From the IMG/VR virus record IMGVR_UViG_3300049191_000043, positions 1-44,915 of that record: DNA of 44,915 nucleotides. One strand, written 5' to 3'. Position numbers and translations under genes: made by a program. The DNA is from a virus. Taxonomy: Duplodnaviria; Caudoviricetes. Within the stretch, counting starts at the first letter, position 1; each line of letters opens with the position of its first letter. Shown piece after piece: positions 26,923 to 35,395 of this stretch. The notes below the pieces were generated by a model. That model saw nothing but the letters and a program-made list of their open reading frames with translations, made no database searches and had not been told where the DNA came from.

Positions 26923-27455
26923 GGCGTCACCCCGAAGTCGATTAGCTTCTCAAGGGCCTGCTGGCGGTCGTAGACCTTCTTGCCAATCTTCTGCCGGATC
27001 TCGTTGATGTCGCCGCTGAGGATGACGTCGGTCTCCATCATCTCCTTGATCTTCCTGGAGCCGTGCAGAACGGAGGTGTGGTCCTTTCGGATGTGGATAC
27101 CCGTTTGGGTGAGGCTGTGACCGTATTCCCGGCACAGGAAGTAATAGATTTGCCGGTACTGAAAGAGCGGATACGTCCGCCCGTTGCCCCGCATCTCGTC
27201 CGCGCTGACAGCGTAATACTTGCAGACGGTTGAAAGAACTTCTTCCAGCTTCGGCATGGTGCTCGCGGCAACGCCGGCAAGCTTGGCGATGTACTTCTTC
27301 TGCTCAGCCATGACAAAGCGAGCCCGACGAAGTTCTTCGTTGAGCTTGTCGATGTCTTTCTTGAGCCGCTTGATTGTCTCTTCGTCCCTCGAAGGAGGCG
27401 ACAAGCGAGCCATCCGCTCCTTGTGAGCGGCGTGTAACTGTTCGACTAAAGACAT
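26919..27455 (-). CDS. DnaA domain-IV (C-terminal HTH) protein
   Basis: V..VC.YY.VS..EM.G..R...RQI.YFLCRE..SL..TG...KDHTSVLHG.RKI. Confidence 0.85.
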   Translation of the reverse strand: MSLVEQLHAAHKERMARLSPPSRDEETIKRLKKDIDKLNEELRRARFVMAEQKKYIAKLAGVAASTMPKLEEVLSTVCKYYAVSADEMRGNGRTYPLFQYRQIYYFLCREYGHSLTQTGIHIRKDHTSVLHGSRKIKEMMETDVILSGDINEIRQKIGKKVYDRQQALEKLIDFGVTP

Positions 27456-27507
27456 TCCTGCCCCCTGGTGTTGTCCGCGCGTGTGTGATGCTGGCGCGGA
27501 CGGTCAG

Positions 27508-27993
27508 CTATCGTTTCTTAACCAGCGCACGAACCGGGTAAGGCTGGCCCGAATAAAAGTCTTCGTCCTGAAGAAGCATGGCAGCCGAATGCGGCGCCTC
27601 GTTCGCGTCATCCAATAGCTCCCGAAGTTTGCGCCGATGCTTGCGCTCGGCGGCAGCAAGGTCGATCGCCTGCATCCACGCCTTGAGCTTCAGCCACCAG
27701 CGCGGCGTGTTGTCCGTCATGACGGCGGCGAGGAATTCCCGGCCCCATTCCGACTGGATCAGGGAGGCCAACGCGTCACCTGGGATTACAACGCGTTCAG
27801 AAAGCCAACGTTCGCAGGCCCGCACGGAATAGCCCGTAATGTCAGCGAGATGGTGTGCTGTCTTCACAGGGAAAACACCCCGCGATGCACGCATGACATC
27901 GGCATTCAGCCGACTCCCGCGACGGATCGTACCGACGTTTGAGTCGGTGCCGGTTTTTGCGCAATTCGCCGTTCTGGCTACTGTTGCCTTCAT
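27508..27993 (-). CDS. CII-like regulator
   Basis: HTH-like AHHLADITGYSVRACERWL; position downstream of cro. Confidence 0.55.
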   Translation of the reverse strand: MKATVARTANCAKTGTDSNVGTIRRGSRLNADVMRASRGVFPVKTAHHLADITGYSVRACERWLSERVVIPGDALASLIQSEWGREFLAAVMTDNTPRWWLKLKAWMQAIDLAAAERKHRRKLRELLDDANEAPHSAAMLLQDEDFYSGQPYPVRALVKKR

Positions 27994-28077
27994 CGAACTT
28001 AACTCCTACTGGGACTGGGGATGGATATTTTGGCTTTTCAGTCGATCGGCTTTCACGCCGCTCTTATTCTTTGCAAA

Positions 28078-28167
28078 CTACGCAACGAACAGCAGATAGA
28101 CGGCGCCAAGGAACAGACACGGGAAGCCGACAGCCGCCAGAACGAGGACGTAGGCGGCGAACTCCAT
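28078..28167 (-). CDS. Small membrane peptide (29 aa)
   Basis: GAGG RBS; MEFAAYVLVLAAVGFPCLFLGAVYLLFVA. Confidence 0.45.
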   Translation of the reverse strand: MEFAAYVLVLAAVGFPCLFLGAVYLLFVA

Positions 28168-28182
28168 GTCTGCCTCGTCAAT

Positions 28183-28243
28183 AAAAAGCCCGGAGCTGTG
28201 CTCACGGGAGTTGAACCGACCGGGAGGAGAAAGGTCGGCAACT
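28183..28243 (-). ncRNA. Cuckoo/alpha-r14-like anti-Shine-Dalgarno hairpin plus terminator
   Basis: AGUUG-CCGACC-[UUUCUCCUCCC]-GGUCGG-UU-CAACU, then CCCG-U-GAGC-ACA-GCUC-CGGG-C-UUUUU. Confidence 0.6.
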
Positions 28244-28331
28244 GAATTGAGATCGCGCTGCGTACCTGCGCGAAGAGAGCCGGGGCGATGCACTTGCCCC
28301 CCGTGGTCGCCCCGGCTTGTTCTCCAGTGCA

Positions 28332-28427
28332 TCACTCACCCCCCCACCGAATGACGGAACCAACCAAAATCGCCAGAGGCAGCGCGAGAAGCGTCCAAAC
28401 CAGTAGAAATATCAGTAACGTTGTCAT
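28332..28427 (-). CDS. Small membrane peptide (31 aa)
   Basis: ATGA-coupled; MTTLLIFLLVWTLLALPLAILVGSVIRWGGE. Confidence 0.5.
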   Translation of the reverse strand: MTTLLIFLLVWTLLALPLAILVGSVIRWGGE

Positions 28428-28642
28428 GCAAACCCCCTATGCACGGTTCCTAGAGTTGGAACGCAACGCGACGCTACGGAGTTGTACGGATAAGAATTGC
28501 CACTTTCCCGCTTTACGACCGCCCGCAAATCACCAAAGGTTGGGTATGCGACAAACGTCGCATGGCGCGCGAATGCGTCCCTTAAAAACAACCATGCCGG
28601 GGGCGTTAAATGGGAGCGGTAATTCAGTTCCCGCGTTGTCAT
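28424..28642 (-). CDS. Hypothetical protein after cro
   Basis: ATGA-coupled to cro, with GGAGG RBS. Confidence 0.45.
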   Translation of the reverse strand: MTTRELNYRSHLTPPAWLFLRDAFARHATFVAYPTFGDLRAVVKRESGNSYPYNSVASRCVPTLGTVHRGFA

Positions 28643-28863
28643 GCGCGGGCCTCTTCAGGATACAAATCTGGGCGGAGTTCGGAGCGCGGAATTCCAGTCT
28701 CGCGCTCGATCGGCAAAACAAACTCAGCGGGTACGCCCCTCTTGGATTTCGAGAGCCAGTACCAGACCTGCGATTGCGTGGTGCCGATCCGGTCGGCCAA
28801 AGGCTTCTGCCCACCGACTTTTTGGCACGCTCGACGTAATGCTGATTGCGAAGACATGGGCAT
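28639..28863 (-). CDS. cro: Cro-like (YdaS-type) repressor
   Basis: GGQ..LA..IG.TQSQV.YW...VP...V..IE..TG.P..ELRPDLY; divergent from cI. Confidence 0.9.
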   Translation of the reverse strand: MPMSSQSALRRACQKVGGQKPLADRIGTTQSQVWYWLSKSKRGVPAEFVLPIERETGIPRSELRPDLYPEEARA

Positions 28864-28930
28864 AGAATACCCAAATTTAGGTCAATTGCAACCTAAAAAT
28901 CTGTGCAAGCAATCCTACGCAAAATTCGGT
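28864..28930. promoter_or_regulatory. cro/cI operator region with three 14-bp operators and the cro promoter
   Basis: ACCCAAATTTAGGT (28869), ACCTAAAAATCTGT (28891), ACGCAAAATTCGGT (28917); minus-strand TTGCAA-N16-TATTCT. Confidence 0.8.
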
Positions 28931-28942
28931 ATCCAATCAGGG

Positions 28943-29338
28943 ATGAAAGCCCCCTCGATTGACCCAGTTTCATTTGGCCGGCGTGTCCGCGAGCGCCGCG
29001 AAGAACTCGGTTGGTCACAGGGGGAACTAGGAAAACAATCCAAGCAAAGTCAGTCCAACATCGGATGGATTGAGCTTGGCAACGCCAAAGACCCCGAGAA
29101 GCAAGCCCTCAAGCTCGCGCGGGCGCTTCTCCTGCATGTTGACTGGCTCCTGTATGGTACAGGCCCCCGAGAGACAGCGCGTCCCCTGCCCTCTCCTAAA
29201 GAGATTGCGGCCCTTTACGCGGGCCTCACCGACGAAGGTAAGGCTGACCTGCTAAGGATGATAGCCAAGCTTACTGGCAATAGTCCGCCTTCCGCTATTC
29301 CCGGCACCAAGGCCAAGCGGCTTAGGGAGACTGGATAG
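28943..29338 (+). CDS. cI: CI-like repressor (XRE HTH, no S24 peptidase domain)
   Basis: FGRRVRERREELGWSQGELG...SQSNI..IE.G...VDWLLYG; likely start ATG 28943. Confidence 0.85.
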   Translation: MKAPSIDPVSFGRRVRERREELGWSQGELGKQSKQSQSNIGWIELGNAKDPEKQALKLARALLLHVDWLLYGTGPRETARPLPSPKEIAALYAGLTDEGKADLLRMIAKLTGNSPPSAIPGTKAKRLRETG

Positions 29339-29773
29339 CGCGTATACCTGGGATGCCTGTTATCGGTGGCCAGCCGCCCGGCCTGCATGAACCCATGCAG
29401 AGGAATTTGCCTTTATAGCCCCAGATGCGAGCATAGCCCCGTCGGCATTTGCTCGGGTCGGAAGTCCCCGTAAGGCGAAGATCCCCCGCGCGTCGTCTCC
29501 GGAATCGCCGGACCGTGTGAACGATGGATTGCCAGCTCAGGCGGACATTTTGTCCGGGCCGAATAAAATTCACATTGCGCCCTTAGGAACTGCGTCCTAT
29601 ATGGTAGCAACGGGTCTGGGCTTATTCTTCGAGGCACCCAGATCGGCCCGGATGATCGTCACGGATCAGGCCGGGCATCTTTTTATGTGGTGCGTTCCCG
29701 GTTCGTTCGCAAGACCATGAAAACCTATTATTTGGTGCCGAGAACCAGGCGCCCGAACTTTTTTCATTGCCAT

Positions 29774-29814
29774 ACCCATTTTTAGGTTGACGACTACCCA
29801 AAATTCGGTAGACT
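29774..29814 (+). promoter_or_regulatory. Early promoter (PL-like) with two operators
   Basis: ACCCATTTTTAGGT (29774) and ACCCAAAATTCGGT (29796); TTGACG-N16-TAGACT. Confidence 0.8.
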
Positions 29815-29840
29815 GCTCTCCATCAGAAGGGGAGCACGCA

Positions 29841-30113
29841 ATGACCCGCACCTACGAAATCGCAGCAATCGCCGCCAAGGTTTGGGATCAGGACGAGCAT
29901 AGCCCGGCCGACCTGCGCCTCCTTGAGGAAATCTCACTGGCCGACCGCTGGTGCAGCAAGCAGCTCTCGCAATCCAACATCCTGTTCGGCGCGGCCTCTG
30001 ACCAGCACAAGCGAACCATGAACGCCGTCTCGGTCATCCGGGAAGAGCGCTACGTCGAGGCGCTGAGCCGCTTTCAGGTTGGTGAAGTCCGGTACGCGGA
30101 GGCCGCTGAATGA
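29841..30113 (+). CDS. Hypothetical early protein
   Basis: GGGAG RBS; first gene after PL. Confidence 0.7.
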   Translation: MTRTYEIAAIAAKVWDQDEHSPADLRLLEEISLADRWCSKQLSQSNILFGAASDQHKRTMNAVSVIREERYVEALSRFQVGEVRYAEAAE

Positions 30114-30241
30114 AGCGCCGCCCTAAACTCCGTGTCATCGAGGGCGGAAAGAAAGACCCGCCGCCCTTCCCGATCGAACTGCTCTTCCTCCCGTGGCTCA
30201 TCTGGTTGGAGATGTTCAATGGCAATCGATCGCATCGATAG
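30110..30241 (+). CDS. Small hypothetical protein (43 aa, MKRRPKLRVIEGG...)
   Basis: ATGA-coupled; translated by hand. Confidence 0.5.
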   Translation: MKRRPKLRVIEGGKKDPPPFPIELLFLPWLIWLEMFNGNRSHR

Positions 30242-30437
30242 CTCCATCGCCGCCTTGGTCAAGACCAAGGGCGATTTGATCGCAGCCTATGACCGGATTG
30301 AAGAATTGCAACACTCCGTTCGCGGGTTGTTGGGATTGATGAGCGTCGTGTCTCGGCATCCTGCCTGCCCGCAGAGCCTCTGCGACTCTCTGGTTTCATC
30401 GGAAGTGGTTCAGCACGCAAGGGAGTTGGTGGGATGA
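30219..30437 (+). CDS. Hypothetical protein
   Basis: GGAG RBS; coiled-coil character. Confidence 0.6.
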   Translation: MAIDRIDSSIAALVKTKGDLIAAYDRIEELQHSVRGLLGLMSVVSRHPACPQSLCDSLVSSEVVQHARELVG

Positions 30438-30619
30438 CCGACGACATTGAAGCTCTCGCGGCTTGGAAGCTCCACCCCGACACGAACCGCGCGGCGTTCG
30501 AAGCTCTGCTTTCCGATGCCATGTCCGACATCGAGTTCAACGCAACCATGAAAGTAATCAGCGTCATTATGAGTGAGGCGTCGTCATGTCCAGCGTTACC
30601 GAAGGAATTGTCTGCCTGA
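30434..30619 (+). CDS. Hypothetical protein
   Basis: ATGA-coupled ORF. Confidence 0.55.
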   Translation: MTDDIEALAAWKLHPDTNRAAFEALLSDAMSDIEFNATMKVISVIMSEASSCPALPKELSA

Positions 30620-30662
30620 TTTGTGCGTTTGCAATCGGCTTCATCATAGCAGTGGGATTGTC

Positions 30663-30869
30663 ATGAGCGATCAAGGAAGCACCGAGTCTCCCGAACAGAC
30701 CGTTGTTGCTACGCTGGCTTGGCGTGCAGCTCAGTTAGAGCGCGCTCTTTCGGAGGCATACGAAGCCTTGGCTTGGCATGACGGCTTGAACTTCGAGCCG
30801 AACGATAGGAACGGGAAAACTATCGGCCAAATCATCAGCGACGAAATGGGTTTCGACCATGAAGACTGA
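30663..30869 (+). CDS. Hypothetical protein
   Basis: Start MSDQGS; coupled to a 26-aa hydrophobic ORF at 30586..30666. Confidence 0.55.
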   Translation: MSDQGSTESPEQTVVATLAWRAAQLERALSEAYEALAWHDGLNFEPNDRNGKTIGQIISDEMGFDHED

Positions 30870-31065
30870 CATCGGCTCGTTAACTCATGGAATCCTCGAC
30901 AACGCCACCGACCTTGTTGACGTATGGCGCAACTGTCCCTGGCGCAGAGACGAATTCGGCAGGAGAGAGCTTGAGGATATCGAACAGGCGCAGAAGCAGC
31001 TCGCAGGGCTGCAGCAATACATTTTGATTCACCTCAACCGCAAAAAACTGAAGAGCATCGCGTGA
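30859..31065 (+). CDS. Hypothetical protein
   Basis: Overlapping ORF in the early operon. Confidence 0.6.
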   Translation: MKTDIGSLTHGILDNATDLVDVWRNCPWRRDEFGRRELEDIEQAQKQLAGLQQYILIHLNRKKLKSIA

Positions 31066-31721
31066 TGGCCAAACCGTCTAAAGCCGTTCTCGAATTCATG
31101 GAGAATTACGGCGTCGCATCTGACGAGATTTGGGAAGTCCACGGCACCACCTGGTGTGTCAAGCACAAGGCGCTGGAGCGCGTTGCGGCGCAAGTCGGGA
31201 TCGTTTGGGAAAAGCCAGAACTCAAGGTCTGCGACATGGAGAAGGGCCTTATTGCCATCCTCGTCGGCGGCAAGCTTGGCACCCATACCGAGTTCTCGTT
31301 CGGCGAGGCCAGCCCGAAGAACAATAAGAACTCGTACCCGATCGCAATGGCTGAGAAGCGCGCAAAGGACCGCGTAATCCTCAAGCTTCTGGCGGTTCAC
31401 GGCGACCTCTACTCCGAGGAAGAGGCCGACGACTTCAAGCGCCCTAATCCACACGTCAACAAGGCTTCTGACTTCTACGACCACGTATCGGCGGACATCC
31501 CGGACGTTCCGGCAACCAAGATGAAGGTCAAGGACGCCCGGCCGCAGTTTGATGCGCTGGTCAAGGAAATGCGCCGCATTCAGGACCCAGCCGAACTCAA
31601 GGAATGGGGCGCGGCACAAGCCGAGGTCATCAACTCATTCCCCGGCGAATGGCCGACGATGTTTCGCGGCGAGTACACCAAGCACAAGCAAGCAATCTCC
31701 AACACAATGATGGCAGGCTGA
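31065..31721 (+). CDS. Single-strand annealing protein (Rad52/Sak-like)
   Basis: GEAS..N..NSYPIAMAEKRAKDRVILKL...YSEEEADDF motif; directly before the SSB-like gene. Confidence 0.65.
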   Translation: MAKPSKAVLEFMENYGVASDEIWEVHGTTWCVKHKALERVAAQVGIVWEKPELKVCDMEKGLIAILVGGKLGTHTEFSFGEASPKNNKNSYPIAMAEKRAKDRVILKLLAVHGDLYSEEEADDFKRPNPHVNKASDFYDHVSADIPDVPATKMKVKDARPQFDALVKEMRRIQDPAELKEWGAAQAEVINSFPGEWPTMFRGEYTKHKQAISNTMMAG

Positions 31722-32020
31722 TGACCCAATACAGCAACGAGAACCGCTGGACGCTGAACAAGAACGAACGGAAACAGCAGGACAGCCACGCCGACTACCA
31801 GGGCAAGATCAACGTCGAGGGCAAGGAATACTGGCTCAACGGCTGGATCAAGGACGGCCCGAAGGGGAGGTTCATCTCTGGCACGATCAAGGCAATCGGA
31901 GAGCAGCAGGTATCGACCGGCAAGCACTCCTACGCGCCCGGCGGCAAGGTCAAGCGAGAAGACCCGATCTCGTCTGGTCGATCGCTCAAGGCTGACATGG
32001 AAGACGATATCCCTTTTTAG
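31721..32020 (+). CDS. ssb: Single-stranded DNA-binding protein
   Basis: DYQG.I.V.G.EYWL.GW OB-like core and acidic DDIPF C-terminus. Confidence 0.75.
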   Translation: MTQYSNENRWTLNKNERKQQDSHADYQGKINVEGKEYWLNGWIKDGPKGRFISGTIKAIGEQQVSTGKHSYAPGGKVKREDPISSGRSLKADMEDDIPF

Positions 32021-32132
32021 ATTCGGAAACGCTTCGGCTTTGGCGCGAGCGCGAAGCGACTTTCCCAAAACAGGTAAGGCGGATGACTCCAGACGCGCTG
32101 GACTTTGCGACAGGAACAATACGGACGCTGAA

Positions 32133-32468
32133 ATGACCAATCGCTCCTTCATCACTGACGAAGAGATCGACAAGGCGCTCGACTACCTGCGGGACAACGC
32201 GCGGGATGCAGCTCAAGCCAAGGCCGACCGGATTTATGTTCAAGAGTACCGGAAGGTTCTCAAAGCTCAGTTGATGAAGGAGCACGCCGATCTGTCCGCC
32301 GTCCTGCAAGAGCGAGAGGCTTATGCTGATCCCCGTTATGTTGAACATCTGGAAGCTATTCGCCAAGCGGTTATGGAGGACGAAGGACACACGTTCCTGA
32401 GAGCTGCGGCTGACGCAAAAATCGAGGCCTGGAGGACGCAGAGCAGCAACACGAGGGCGCGGGTATGA
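32133..32468 (+). CDS. Recombination mediator-like helical protein
   Basis: EAYADP.Y...IEAWRT..SN.R pattern; follows ssb. Confidence 0.55.
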   Translation: MTNRSFITDEEIDKALDYLRDNARDAAQAKADRIYVQEYRKVLKAQLMKEHADLSAVLQEREAYADPRYVEHLEAIRQAVMEDEGHTFLRAAADAKIEAWRTQSSNTRARV

Positions 32469-32824
32469 GCAGGACCGTTCCAGAATGGATAGCAGAGCAT
32501 GACGACCAAGCCATCCCGGCCCGCGTCAAGATTAGGGTTTTCGAACTATTCGATGGGAAGTGCGCGATCTGCACGAACCGCGTCGCCACTGCCGCCTATG
32601 ACCACGCAACAGCCCTCATTAACGGAGGCGCACACCGGGAGTCCAATCTGCAACTGCTTTGCGTGCCATGCCACAAGGTTAAGACGCGAGCAGACGTTGC
32701 AGAAAAGTCCAAAGTAGCCCGTGTGAAGCGCAAGCATCTAGGCATCAAAAAGCCAAGCAAGTTCGCCTGCAGCAAGACAAGTAAGTGGAAGAAACGAATA
32801 GACGGAACCGTGGTGCTGCGCTGA
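32465..32824 (+). CDS. HNH endonuclease
   Basis: CAIC...YDH..AL.NGG...ESNLQLLCVPCH..KT. Confidence 0.88.
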   Translation: MSRTVPEWIAEHDDQAIPARVKIRVFELFDGKCAICTNRVATAAYDHATALINGGAHRESNLQLLCVPCHKVKTRADVAEKSKVARVKRKHLGIKKPSKFACSKTSKWKKRIDGTVVLR

Positions 32825-32868
32825 TCGGCGTCGCATCTTGAAGCGAATTGAGCAAAACGGAGAGCAAA

Positions 32869-33060
32869 ATGAGCATGACGCGCAATGATGCCATCAAGTG
32901 CGACGAGTGCGGGCGCTTTATCAGCCTTGAAGATTTGGTCGATGGAAAGGCGACGCACAACTGCGTCCTGCCGGATTCCGAATTCTCGGTTGAGACGTTC
33001 GAATCCATCTGCGCTCAATGCAATTCGCTGTCGCACCCCACACGGGAACGCCAGCCATGA
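32869..33060 (+). CDS. Small zinc-finger protein
   Basis: CDECG and CAQC motifs; GGAGAG RBS. Confidence 0.65.
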   Translation: MSMTRNDAIKCDECGRFISLEDLVDGKATHNCVLPDSEFSVETFESICAQCNSLSHPTRERQP

Positions 33061-33435
33061 TTTTCACCCTAGCTCCGATTGTCATTGCTGTAGCGATCGC
33101 CTTCGCCGTTGACCGTACGTTCGGCTGGCTCTGGGTGGCTGCGGTCGCCCTCATGGTTCTGTTCTCACAAGTAGGGATGCCGGCATGAGCGATCGCTTTC
33201 ACAACCGCCGACCACCACCTCGGAACAACCCAGGCATTGGCAATCTGTTGCTGATCCCGATTGCCGCCGTCGTCCTACTGATTTGGGTGCTGCTATGACC
33301 AAGAAGCCAACGATTGCCGAACTGTTGGAGCGCATCCGGGCGCTTGAAGAGGCATTGAAGAAAGCGAATGCCGAGATCGCACGGCTTAAGGGCGAACCCC
33401 GCATTCTGAGCAGCAACCCCTACAGTTGCATGTAG
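33057..33435 (+). CDS. Three ATGA-coupled small ORFs (33057-33188, 33185-33298, 33295-33435)
   Basis: Two hydrophobic peptides (43 and 37 aa) and one coiled-coil peptide (46 aa), translated by hand. Confidence 0.55.
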
Positions 33436-33444
33436 GAGCGGAAG

Positions 33445-33894
33445 ATGACCGATAAATCACAAGTTTTTTCCCAAGGATCGGCCGATGGGTTCGACGCGTG
33501 GTTTGACGGACACTTTCTCGATCCTGATGGCGGCTCGGGCCATCTGCCTAGCTGGCTGAAGGGGGATTTGCGGCTCGCATGGGACGCCGCATTGGCCAAC
33601 TCTGTTCGATCACCGGCAGAAATCTCAACATTCAACGACACCATGCCGTCAAGCCTAAACGACGCTTGCCGGCGGCTTGATTTGGCACAGGAAGAAATCA
33701 TGAAGCTCCGCGCACAGGTCGATAGTGCTGCAGCTTGGCTGGATCAGGAGATCACGCGAGCCGCCGACCAACAGCGACAATCCTACGCGAGGTCTGGCGA
33801 ACACGGACAGCGGCAAGGCGAGCGCTGGCACGCGCGGCAGATTGCCCTGTACGAAGCAAAGCTAAAGCTCACATCGACGGGTGGTCAGAAATGA
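33445..33894 (+). CDS. Hypothetical protein
   Basis: AGGAG RBS; 149 aa. Confidence 0.65.
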   Translation: MTDKSQVFSQGSADGFDAWFDGHFLDPDGGSGHLPSWLKGDLRLAWDAALANSVRSPAEISTFNDTMPSSLNDACRRLDLAQEEIMKLRAQVDSAAAWLDQEITRAADQQRQSYARSGEHGQRQGERWHARQIALYEAKLKLTSTGGQK

Positions 33895-34439
33895 GTATCC
33901 AGTTCACCAGATGCTTCGCCATGCCGAACGCTGAGACCTTCAGCGTCAAGCCAATCGGCGAGTTCGTGCAGCGCTTCCTGGTTGAAGCCAAGGTCAGCAT
34001 TGACCCGTTCGCGCGGAATCGAGATTGGGCTACCTATACCAACGATATTGACGTAGCGACCTCCGCACAGTCGCATCAGGACGCGGAGACATTCTTGCGC
34101 CGGCTGGCTAGCGAAGGCGTCGTGGCTGACCTGGCGCTGTTCGACCCACCCTACAGCCCGCGCCAGATCGCAGAGCATTATCGCGCCGCCGGCTTATCGG
34201 TCGGCCAGGAAGACACCCAAAGCGCCCGGCTCTACCGCCGCGTTCGGGACGCTATGGATCTTCTTGTTCGACCTGGCGGGATTGTCCTGTCTTTCGGCTG
34301 GCAATCGGTCGGGATGGGTGTCGGTCGCGGATACGAACTGTTCGAGACCATGCTCGTTGCTCACGGCGGCGGCCACAACGACACGATCTGCATCGCAGAA
34401 CGGAAGCTCTCCTCCACTGTGCGCGGAGAAAACAAGTGA
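33891..34439 (+). CDS. Small amino-methyltransferase-like protein
   Basis: IDPFA (SAM-binding-like), FDPPYS catalytic motif and HNDTI. Confidence 0.8.
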   Translation: MSIQFTRCFAMPNAETFSVKPIGEFVQRFLVEAKVSIDPFARNRDWATYTNDIDVATSAQSHQDAETFLRRLASEGVVADLALFDPPYSPRQIAEHYRAAGLSVGQEDTQSARLYRRVRDAMDLLVRPGGIVLSFGWQSVGMGVGRGYELFETMLVAHGGGHNDTICIAERKLSSTVRGENK

Positions 34440-34774
34440 GCCTAATTTTAAATGGAGACCAGAACAATCAGCCGCAGGAAATGACGGACGCGCAGGTAAA
34501 TCACTTGCGCCGCCTTCTGGCGTGGATAGTTTGCGAATACAATCTCAGCGATGAGGGCCAGCGCGGGATAATGCACGGCCTCCATATGGCCGTTTCTGGC
34601 GGCGCAGACCAGGCGCGGGCGCAAGCCGTTCTTGATGCAGAAATTGAGCGCGTCCGCCGCGTCCCCGCTTATATCCGGCAGGCAGTCATAATGCTTACCA
34701 AGGCGGTGCGCGAGCACGATGCACAGTCGCACGTAATCGACGCGGCGATTTCTCCGCAGGAGCTTCAGAAATGA
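34436..34774 (+). CDS. Hypothetical protein
   Basis: GTGA-coupled ORF. Confidence 0.65.
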   Translation: MSLILNGDQNNQPQEMTDAQVNHLRRLLAWIVCEYNLSDEGQRGIMHGLHMAVSGGADQARAQAVLDAEIERVRRVPAYIRQAVIMLTKAVREHDAQSHVIDAAISPQELQK

Positions 34775-34998
34775 GCAAAAAGCAAAGGTTCAAGTATCCG
34801 CAGGTTTACGATGGGGATTGGATTGAGCCAACCCCACAGCGAGGGCACAAAATGCGCTGCTGCGACTGCTCCCTAATCCACGTCATGGATTTTCGCGTCA
34901 GGGACGGCAAAGTTCAGTTCCGACCTCGCCGCGACAATAGGGCGACGGCTGCCGCGCGTCGCCAAGTTCGAGCCCCCCCAAAGGATCTTCAAAAATGA
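34771..34998 (+). CDS. Small CCxC-x3-H zinc-ribbon protein (paralog of 2059..2256)
   Basis: MRCCDCSLIH motif and C-terminal RAT..ARR. Confidence 0.75.
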   Translation: MSKKQRFKYPQVYDGDWIEPTPQRGHKMRCCDCSLIHVMDFRVRDGKVQFRPRRDNRATAAARRQVRAPPKDLQK

Positions 34999-35261
34999 GA
35001 TACCAGAACGCATCAACGGAGCCGCTCGAAATCATCCGAGCGAATGAGTGCGAAGCCACGCAGTACGAACTCGCCACCAAGCGCTTCCAGGCCCTTTGGA
35101 ACGAAATCGAGCGCCTACGCGCGGGGCTTGAGCAGGTTGCGATTGTCTGTACGTCCAACATGGACCGCGACTGCAATCACAGGATGGCCCTTGATTTTGT
35201 GAGGCAGGTCGCAAATGACGCATTGGACGCCGCGATTTTCCCAAAGGATCGCACAGAATGA
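34995..35261 (+). CDS. Hypothetical protein
   Basis: ATGA-coupled ORF. Confidence 0.65.
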   Translation: MRYQNASTEPLEIIRANECEATQYELATKRFQALWNEIERLRAGLEQVAIVCTSNMDRDCNHRMALDFVRQVANDALDAAIFPKDRTE

Positions 35262-35395
35262 GACGCCCCGCTCCGGCTCCAATCGCCAAGAGGAGACGCG
35301 TTAGCGGGACAGTCGGGAGAGACCGGCAGACCGGGATGTTAACCGGGCAGAGGGTGGAAGCCCCTCGCAATGACTTAGGAGTGGGATTTGATTTG

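Noticed and set aside
28610-28942. N-terminal extension of cI given by the ORF track (242 aa)
   Set aside because: It overlaps cro and the operator region on the opposite strand; the HTH begins after ATG 28943.
29694-29708. GTTC-N7-GTTC match to the alphaproteobacterial LexA box
   Set aside because: The spacer is GC-rich, the site is about 80 bp upstream of the PL -35 and does not overlap a promoter; a chance match is likely.
29517-29720. 67-aa ORF downstream of cI
   Set aside because: GTG start without a clear RBS and no motif; not supportable as a gene from the sequence alone.
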